64,000 nucleotides of DNA from Hormoscilla sp. GTDB lineage: Bacteria > Cyanobacteriota > Cyanobacteriia > Cyanobacteriales > Desertifilaceae. A program made the position numbers and the translations under genes. Positions 57,481 through 64,000 of this stretch are shown here, one piece after another; within the stretch, counting starts at the first letter, position 1, and each line of letters starts with the position of its first letter. The DNA lies in NCBI GenBank assembly GCA_051439505.1, contig JBFRWI010000002.1, forward strand, positions 1 to 64,000, given 5' to 3'. Under the pieces are notes generated by a model. It was not told where the DNA came from, did not search any database, and worked only from the letters and a program-made list of their open reading frames with translations.

Positions 57481-58461
57481 ATGAAACCAGTTTTTGCTGC
57501 TCTTGCTGCTTGCCTGCTGACTGCTTCATTGAGTGCCTGTGCCAATAGTGAAATGGGCTCTGCCGTTGAACAATCCTTGGCCGCAGACCCCAATCTTCAG
57601 AAAAACGCCTCGACTCGGACGCCGGACGGGACCGCCACCCAATCCCCGCCTCCCGATCGGACGTCCGATCGGGACAATGTAATAGTAGAGCGCGAGCCGA
57701 TCGATACTCCGGAGCCGTTAAATCCTCCCCAGGATCCACCCGAAATTGCCGCACAGACCGCTGAGACAGTATTGAGTACCTGGTCGGACGGGGAAATACC
57801 CGAACCATTGCGTCAGTACGTGGCCGACTTGATAGAACTGGGGGTTTTAACTCCAGCAGATTTGGCACCCGATCGAACAGTGATGCGCCGGCAGTACGTC
57901 CGTTGGCTAATGTTGGCTAACAATAAAATGTATGCTCACAACCCAGGTAAACAAATTCGTCCGTCAACGTCAAAATCTGCTGAACCAGTTTTTCAGGACG
58001 TGCCCCGTACTGATCCGGACTTCCCTCTAATTCAAGGTTTAGCAGAGGCGGGTATACTGCCAAGCAGGTTAACTGGTGATGGGACAGTAGTTTTGTTTCG
58101 CCCAGATACCGCCCTTACCCGCGCCGAAATGATTCTCTGGAAAGTGCCTCTGGATATCCGTAGAGCTTTACCTACGGCTACGATCGATACGGTGAAGGAA
58201 ACCTGGGGTTTCCAAGATGCTGCTAAGATTGACCCGAAGTCGTTACGCGCAGTTTTGGCAGATTATCAGAATGGAGAGAAGGCGAATATCCGCCGGTCTT
58301 TCGGTTATACTAATTTGTTTCAGCCGACGAAAACTGTTAGCGCTATTGAGGCGGCGGCGTCTCTATGGTATTTTGGCTATCAAGGTGATGGTATATCTGC
58401 TGTGGAGGCGATCGCTATTGCTCGCAGCAAAGAACAGACGCCTACTGTCAGTGGTCAGTAG
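57481..58461 (+). CDS. S-layer homology (SLH) domain lipoprotein
   Basis: Lipobox LSAC; FQDVPRTDPDFPLIQGLAEAG, FRPDTALTRAE. Confidence 0.87.
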   Translation: MKPVFAALAACLLTASLSACANSEMGSAVEQSLAADPNLQKNASTRTPDGTATQSPPPDRTSDRDNVIVEREPIDTPEPLNPPQDPPEIAAQTAETVLSTWSDGEIPEPLRQYVADLIELGVLTPADLAPDRTVMRRQYVRWLMLANNKMYAHNPGKQIRPSTSKSAEPVFQDVPRTDPDFPLIQGLAEAGILPSRLTGDGTVVLFRPDTALTRAEMILWKVPLDIRRALPTATIDTVKETWGFQDAAKIDPKSLRAVLADYQNGEKANIRRSFGYTNLFQPTKTVSAIEAAASLWYFGYQGDGISAVEAIAIARSKEQTPTVSGQ

Positions 58462-58578
58462 TCAGTGGTCAGTGGTTAGTGGTTAGTGGTCAGTGGTCGG
58501 TGGTCAACCCACAACTAACAACTAACAACTAGCAACTAACAACTAACAACTAGCAACTAACAATTAACAACTAACAAT
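58446..58578. repeat. Heptamer arrays (GTCAGTG/GTTAGTG)n and (CAACTAA)n
   Basis: Direct reading; similar pair at 59064-59197. Confidence 0.85.
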
Positions 58579-58593
58579 TCACGAATAGAGAAG

Positions 58594-59058
58594 ATGCCTA
58601 AAACAGTTGCCGATGTCATGACCCGCGATCCGATCGTGGTCCAGCCTGAAACTTCTCTGAAGCAGGCTATTAAAATTATCGCAGACAGACATATTAGTGG
58701 TCTGCCGGTTGTAGATGGGGAAGGAAAATTGGTGGGGGTAATTTCCGACAGCGATCTATTATGGCAGGAAACAGGGGTAGAACCTCCTGCCTATATTATG
58801 CTGTTGGATAGCATAATTTATCTGGAAAATCCCGCTACCTATGAAAAGGACTTGCGTAAGGCGATGGGACTGACGGTTAAGGAGGTGATGAGCGATCGCC
58901 CCATAACGGTGAAACCGGATAAACCCCTGCGGGAAGCGGCCCAGATGATGCAAAAACACCACATCCATCGCTTGCCCGTACTGGACGATGCGGGTAAATT
59001 GATTGGTATTCTCACCCGTGGTGATATTATCCGCTTAATGGCGACCAGTGAAGAATAG
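58594..59058 (+). CDS. CBS domain pair protein
   Basis: VADVMT, ISGLPVVD, IHRLPVLD, GILTRGD. Confidence 0.95.
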   Translation: MPKTVADVMTRDPIVVQPETSLKQAIKIIADRHISGLPVVDGEGKLVGVISDSDLLWQETGVEPPAYIMLLDSIIYLENPATYEKDLRKAMGLTVKEVMSDRPITVKPDKPLREAAQMMQKHHIHRLPVLDDAGKLIGILTRGDIIRLMATSEE

Positions 59059-59198
59059 TTCGTAGTCAGTAGTCAGTAGTCAGTAGTCAGTAGTATTAGA
59101 GGTAGGTGGTCAGCGATCGAGGTTCAAACTAACAACTAACAACTAACAACTGACAACTAACAACCCACAATTAGCAATTAAAAATTAGCAATTAACAA

Positions 59199-59861
59199 AT
59201 GACAATAACTCCTGAGTCAGTGGCAAAGTTACTGAGTTCTGAAGATTACGGCGATCGCCTGCGGGGCATTAACGAACTGCGCCAAGTGGAAGAGGCGATC
59301 GCATTTGAGATGATTCAACCTTTAATTGTTGACAATAATGTGAGAATCCGCTATGCAGCAGTGAGCCAGATGGCGATTCTGGGGCAGCAAGATTTACAGA
59401 AGTCTTTGCAGATATTGCGCGATCGGCTCTTCAACGACCCGGAAATTGATGTGAAAGCAGCTGCTGCGGACGCTTTGGGCGCTCTCAAGTTAACGGAAGC
59501 TTTCAGCGACCTAGAACAAGTATACCAAAGTACTGAAGAGTGGCTACTGAAACTCAGCATCGTCGCCACTTTAGGGGAAATGGGAGACCCCCGTGCATTT
59601 GATATCCTCGCTGATGGTCTCAAATCAGAAACAGACATTGTCAAAACTGCTGCTATTAGTTCCTTGGGAGAATTAGGAGATTCCCGTGGGGTTACTCTGT
59701 TGATTCCTTTTGCTAGCAATTCAGATTGGCAAGTCCGTTACCGGGTCGTGCTAGCGCTGAACCGCTTGGGTGGCCCAGAAGCTCGGTCTATTCTAGAAAG
59801 TTTAGCAAAAGATGAAGTCGAGCAAGTTGCGACAGAAGCGAAAAAGGGTTTAGAATCATAA
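59199..59861 (+). CDS. nblB: HEAT-repeat phycobilisome degradation protein NblB
   Basis: LLSSEDYGDRLRGINELR, RIRYAAVSQ, DVKAAAADALG. Confidence 0.8.
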   Translation: MTITPESVAKLLSSEDYGDRLRGINELRQVEEAIAFEMIQPLIVDNNVRIRYAAVSQMAILGQQDLQKSLQILRDRLFNDPEIDVKAAAADALGALKLTEAFSDLEQVYQSTEEWLLKLSIVATLGEMGDPRAFDILADGLKSETDIVKTAAISSLGELGDSRGVTLLIPFASNSDWQVRYRVVLALNRLGGPEARSILESLAKDEVEQVATEAKKGLES

Positions 59862-60037
59862 TCGTAATCTTCCGGTTGTAAGGCGTTATCTTCATGTGAT
59901 GCTTCAATTGGGTTTCCCGACCTGTAGCATTTTGTTGAAAAAAGTCAAGATAATTGCGGTTGAGCTTTTGAGAATAATTGTGCAATACTCGGTCTTAATT
60001 ATCTAATCCTTAGCTGACTTCCGACCGGAAATTGGTT

Positions 60038-60724
60038 ATGAGAATATTGCTGGTAGAAGACGATCCCGAACAACTAGAACCTTTGCATGCGGCATTATCC
60101 CAAGTGGGACATATTGTCGATGGGGTGGAGGAGGGAGAAACGGCTAAATGGTTGCTGTCGGAAAAAGACTACGATTTGCTAATCCTTGACTGGATGTTGC
60201 CCACGGTCAGCGGCCTAGAAGTTTGTCGCTATTACCGACAAACGGGCAAAACTGCTCCTGTATTAATGCTGACTGCTAAGGATGCTACTATAGATAAAAT
60301 TACAGGCTTAGATGCTGGTGCAGATGATTACTTAGTCAAGCCCGTGGACTTGCTGGAATTGCTGGCAAGGGTGAGGGCATTGGGCAGGCGATCGCCTTTA
60401 TGGACGGCAGATACCCTCTGCTACGAAGACCTACAATTAAATTTAACCACTCTCAAGGTCGAACGGCAGTCATCTGTCGTGCAGCTTTCGGTGCGGGAAT
60501 TTCAATTGTTAGAATATCTGATGCGCCATCCAGGACAAGTTTTAACCCGCAACCAAATAGAACAGTATCTCTGGGAATGGAGAGAAGAACCGGAAAGCAA
60601 TGCCGTTACTACCTTGGTCCGCCGACTGCGACAGCGACTACAAATCATAGGGGCGTCTTCATGGGTGGAAACTGTTTACGGCATGGGGTATCGCTGGCAA
60701 CGACCACATTCATCCTCAGTTTGA
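60038..60724 (+). CDS. OmpR-family response regulator (RppA/NrsR-like)
   Basis: ILLVED, LILDWMLP, GADDYLVKP, ETVYGMGYR. Confidence 0.93.
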   Translation: MRILLVEDDPEQLEPLHAALSQVGHIVDGVEEGETAKWLLSEKDYDLLILDWMLPTVSGLEVCRYYRQTGKTAPVLMLTAKDATIDKITGLDAGADDYLVKPVDLLELLARVRALGRRSPLWTADTLCYEDLQLNLTTLKVERQSSVVQLSVREFQLLEYLMRHPGQVLTRNQIEQYLWEWREEPESNAVTTLVRRLRQRLQIIGASSWVETVYGMGYRWQRPHSSSV

Positions 60725-60730
60725 GCAACT

Positions 60731-62263
60731 ATGCAAAAATCGATCGCCCAAAAGCTGCAAAGTTTCTGGAGGCACATGCCAGTCCGGCGACGGGGCAGGT
60801 TTATTATTGCCATTCCCGTGACTTATTTCATTGCTACCCTGGCAGCAGTGTATTGCTTGAAACTAGATTTGGTAGAAGATGAAGATTTGGTACAGCACAC
60901 TCAACAAGTGCGTTTAGAAACCAAAAGTTTACTCGCGGCCTTAATTGATGCCGAAGCGGGAGTTCGAGGTTATGCCATGACCGGACGACCGGATTTTCTC
61001 GCGCCCTATAGTCAGGCGATCGCAGAAATTCCCCAATCCCTCACCCAATTGGGGCGGCTAATTTCCGACAACCCCCAACAAATTGCCAGACTGACAGAAA
61101 TTAGACAATTAACAGAAGAAACTCTCGCCATTATGGAGAAGAAATTGGCGAAGATGAATGTCTTGGTGCTACGGGGAGGCTGGAAAAAACGCGAAGGCGA
61201 ACAATCCTATTATCAATCGCCACTACAAGGGCAATTTTCTCCTAGCGAACTTTATGATTGGCTAGAACAGTGTAAAACTCTTGTGGATACAACGAGAGTA
61301 AAAATTGACAGTTTTGCCGCCGAAGAAGAACGCTTGTTAGCGGAACGCAAACAGCATTTAGAGTTCGATCGACTGCTAAGTTTTGGTGTTTTATTGGTTG
61401 CTATTATTCTGGGGCTGGCTGGAGGTATTTTTGCTCTATATCTTTTCGGTGAGTTGGAGCGAGAATTGTCCCAGGAGAGAAAATGCTTGCGCGAAACTAA
61501 TGGGAGGTTGGAGTTATCTCGAACTGAGGTAGAACTGGCCAATCAAAAACTTCAAAATGCTTACGAACAATTACAGCGCTTTACTGCTAATGCTTCCCAC
61601 GAATTGCGTTCTCCTTTGGCAGCTATTTTAAGTAACGCTCAGGTGGGATTATTAGCACCGGATAGCGATAATATTCAACCCCGACAGCGTTTGGAAAAAA
61701 TCGTCGAACTTGCCAAGTCAATGAAGACCTTGGTGGAAAATTTACTATTTTTAGCTAGGTGCGAAAGCTTGCCGGAAACTGTGGTAGAAATTGAGTTAAA
61801 ATCTTTCCTGCAAAAAATTAGCGATGAATGTCAATTGCTAGCAGCAGGAAAAAACCTTAATTGGATAGTAAATTTACCGGCTACTCCAGTTATGGCTAAA
61901 GTGGAACCGAATCTCCTACAGCAAGCTGTAGTAAACTTGCTGCAAAATGCTTGCAAATATACCCCGGATGAGGGTACAGTTGAGATAAAAATGGAGACCG
62001 ACGATGGTCAAATTGACATATTGGTCAGAGATACGGGAGTGGGAATTACCGAGGCAGATTTACCTCATATTTTTGAGCGCTTTTATCGGGTGGAAAGGCG
62101 ATCGCGCAGCGGTTTTGGTTTGGGATTGGCGATCGCCCAGCAAATTGTCAACCTCCACGACGGTCTCCTGACAGTGGAAAGCGTCTTGGGTCAGGGGTCA
62201 ACTTTTACTATCTCTCTCCCGTTGACAGCAAAAGTCAAACCCCCAAATAAGGGCCATGCGTGA
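60731..62263 (+). CDS. CHASE3 sensor histidine kinase
   Basis: TM-VQHT..V...[36 protein letters not shown]. Confidence 0.92.
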   Translation: MQKSIAQKLQSFWRHMPVRRRGRFIIAIPVTYFIATLAAVYCLKLDLVEDEDLVQHTQQVRLETKSLLAALIDAEAGVRGYAMTGRPDFLAPYSQAIAEIPQSLTQLGRLISDNPQQIARLTEIRQLTEETLAIMEKKLAKMNVLVLRGGWKKREGEQSYYQSPLQGQFSPSELYDWLEQCKTLVDTTRVKIDSFAAEEERLLAERKQHLEFDRLLSFGVLLVAIILGLAGGIFALYLFGELERELSQERKCLRETNGRLELSRTEVELANQKLQNAYEQLQRFTANASHELRSPLAAILSNAQVGLLAPDSDNIQPRQRLEKIVELAKSMKTLVENLLFLARCESLPETVVEIELKSFLQKISDECQLLAAGKNLNWIVNLPATPVMAKVEPNLLQQAVVNLLQNACKYTPDEGTVEIKMETDDGQIDILVRDTGVGITEADLPHIFERFYRVERRSRSGFGLGLAIAQQIVNLHDGLLTVESVLGQGSTFTISLPLTAKVKPPNKGHA

Positions 62264-62275
62264 TGATTAATCGTT

Positions 62276-63307
62276 TCAAAGGATGGGGGAACCGTTGGGG
62301 CGAGTAATGGCAGAAGCATCGAAGTCGTCATCGTCAAATTCTCCCACTACATTTACTCGTTCTCCGCGCCTCAAATTGAGGGATTGATTATCGGGTAAAT
62401 CCGCATCAACGCGAACACGACCATTGCGAGTCCGCAGCAAAAACTCATCGTTATCCACCATCCGAATAACCCGACCGGAGATAGTAGTTGCCGTTCCCGG
62501 TGCATCTGTCGTCGGAACTATGGGAGAACCGTCCGGGCGAGTAACGGCAGAAGCATCGAAGTCGCCATCGTCAAATTCTCCCACTACATTCACCCGTTCT
62601 CCGCGCCTCAAATTGAAGGATTGGTTATCGGGTAAATCCGCATCAACGAGAACTCGACCATTGCTAGTCCGCAGCAAAAACTCATCGTTATCCACCATCC
62701 GGATAACCTGACCGGAGATAGTATTTGCCGGTGCCGGTGTATCTGTGGAAATTATGGGGGAACCGTCCGGGCGAGTAATGGCAGAAGCATCGAAGTCGCC
62801 ATCGTCAAATTCTCCCACTACATTCACCCGTTCTCCTGGTTGCAGGTTGAGAGATTGGGAATCTGGTAAATCCGCATCCACCAGAATGGGACCATTATTG
62901 GTCTGAAGCAAAAACTCATCGTTATTCACTATCCGGATAACCTGACCGGAGATGGTGCTTGTGGAAAAAGTCCTGTTTCCTGGAGAAGTTAAAGGATCGC
63001 TTGTCCGATAGATCTCGCCGGTTAGACTCTCCCCTGTCACCGGATCTAAAATCATCGAACCGTCCGGTCTCGCGATCGATCGGGTATCGATTTCCCCTTT
63101 GTCAAATTCATCTACCAACACGCTGACAGATTCGCCGACTGTTAAATCCAACCCTGAAGCACGAATAGGTGAAGGATCTACAATGGCACTGCCGCCACCA
63201 AAATTGAGGACAAAATCCTCTCCATCCTCCGTGAAACCACCGACGATTCCTGTGATGATGGCTCCTGGTTGAACTCCCACTGTGGGAAATGGATTTGGGT
63301 CAATCAT
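62276..63307 (-). CDS. Acidic protein with four OB-fold-like repeats (YgiW/YdeI-like)
   Basis: ISGQVIR.V.NDEFLL.T.NG...VDAD......LNL..GERVNVVGEFDDGDFDA x3 plus one diverged unit. Confidence 0.75.
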   Translation of the reverse strand: MIDPNPFPTVGVQPGAIITGIVGGFTEDGEDFVLNFGGGSAIVDPSPIRASGLDLTVGESVSVLVDEFDKGEIDTRSIARPDGSMILDPVTGESLTGEIYRTSDPLTSPGNRTFSTSTISGQVIRIVNNDEFLLQTNNGPILVDADLPDSQSLNLQPGERVNVVGEFDDGDFDASAITRPDGSPIISTDTPAPANTISGQVIRMVDNDEFLLRTSNGRVLVDADLPDNQSFNLRRGERVNVVGEFDDGDFDASAVTRPDGSPIVPTTDAPGTATTISGRVIRMVDNDEFLLRTRNGRVRVDADLPDNQSLNLRRGERVNVVGEFDDDDFDASAITRPNGSPIL

Positions 63308-63352
63308 ATTTAAGACTCCTCGAACGTGATGGTTTCACCATAAAAAAAGAAA

Positions 63353-63402
63353 GTGACATGAATGTGACACCATTTTTTTTCTGCTTGTCATTTTTCTGTC
63401 AC
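63353..63402. promoter_or_regulatory. Two oppositely oriented TGTCAY-N5-TGTCAC boxes
   Basis: 63353-63369 (minus) and 63386-63402 (plus); 11-bp period typical of OmpR-family sites. Confidence 0.55.
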
Positions 63403-63590
63403 ATTTACTTTTTATCTTCGGGATAGAGTAGGCACCGCCCACCCTTGAGGCGATCGCACTATTGCTGTAACCTGATTGCTGTCATCTCTGTAATGTGTAA
63501 AATTTTCCGGACACCTCTTGTCAGTAATATTTCGGACATATTCTTTCACTTTTCACTGGCTAAAGTAGATGTCGTTCAGGAAAGCAAATC

Positions 63591-63875
63591 ATGATCCCGT
63601 TACTAATCAAGGAAAATCTAGTGCAGCCGTTCAAATACTGGAATGAAGGCATCAAAGAAGGGATGGTGAATCATCAAGGTGAATTGTATTCTTATGTGGG
63701 GTCATACCCCTTGAATAGAAGAGCGCAGGCTTATGAGTTAGGATGCGAAATGGCTGAAAAGGGAATGGATATCTGCCTAACTTACTCTCCGTTGGGTTAT
63801 AAAGTATGGATGAAGCTGAAACTTTCTGAAGCTAATCAAACCGATAACCAGTTCGGTAACGTGCAAATAGCATGA
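63591..63875 (+). CDS. Conserved cyanobacterial hypothetical protein
   Basis: PLLIKENLVQPFKYW..GIKEGM....ELY...R.QAY. Confidence 0.75.
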   Translation: MIPLLIKENLVQPFKYWNEGIKEGMVNHQGELYSYVGSYPLNRRAQAYELGCEMAEKGMDICLTYSPLGYKVWMKLKLSEANQTDNQFGNVQIA

Positions 63876-63911
63876 ATAATTTTAATGAGCGATTGAAAAA
63901 TCTGAGATGCA

Positions 63912-63928
63912 TGTCACTTTCTTGTCAC
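63912..63928 (+). promoter_or_regulatory. Third TGTCAC-N5-TGTCAC box
   Basis: TGTCACTTTCTTGTCAC. Confidence 0.5.
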
Positions 63929-64000
63929 ATTCTGGAGTTAACGTCAGAATAGGACTACCCAAAAATAACTTTTGCCAACTAATTCAGGAACGATAATCAT

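Overview
This is a 64-kb chromosomal window from a cyanobacterium, probably filamentous. The evidence is very frequent HIP1 (GCGATCGC), heptamer STRR-type tandem repeats, and cyanobacterial genes such as nblB, ycf51, a group 2 sigma factor and glgB. Housekeeping genes (prs, bioD, bioF, sbcD-like, herA-like, glgB, msrP, sufU, bcp) alternate with accessory genes. Intergenic regions are dense with MITEs, REP-like hairpins and tandem arrays, and I count at least five pseudogenes. The most notable structure is a module that occurs twice (14.6-18.5 kb and 33.8-36.8 kb) with the same gene order: secreted COP23-domain protein(s), then a PDZ-less trypsin-like protease of subtype A, then one of subtype B with a variable C-terminus. 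In one copy the subtype B protease is itself fused to a COP23 domain, and each copy lies next to a membrane-anchored Hanks-type kinase. Other points of interest are an ETR1-type ethylene-binding domain fused to a PP2C phosphatase, an XendoU-type endoribonuclease fused to a lamin-tail domain, and an OB-fold repeat protein beside a two-component system with candidate operator boxes. I found no rRNA, tRNA, CRISPR array or intact transposase. All family assignments come from recognising motifs by eye, not from database searches.
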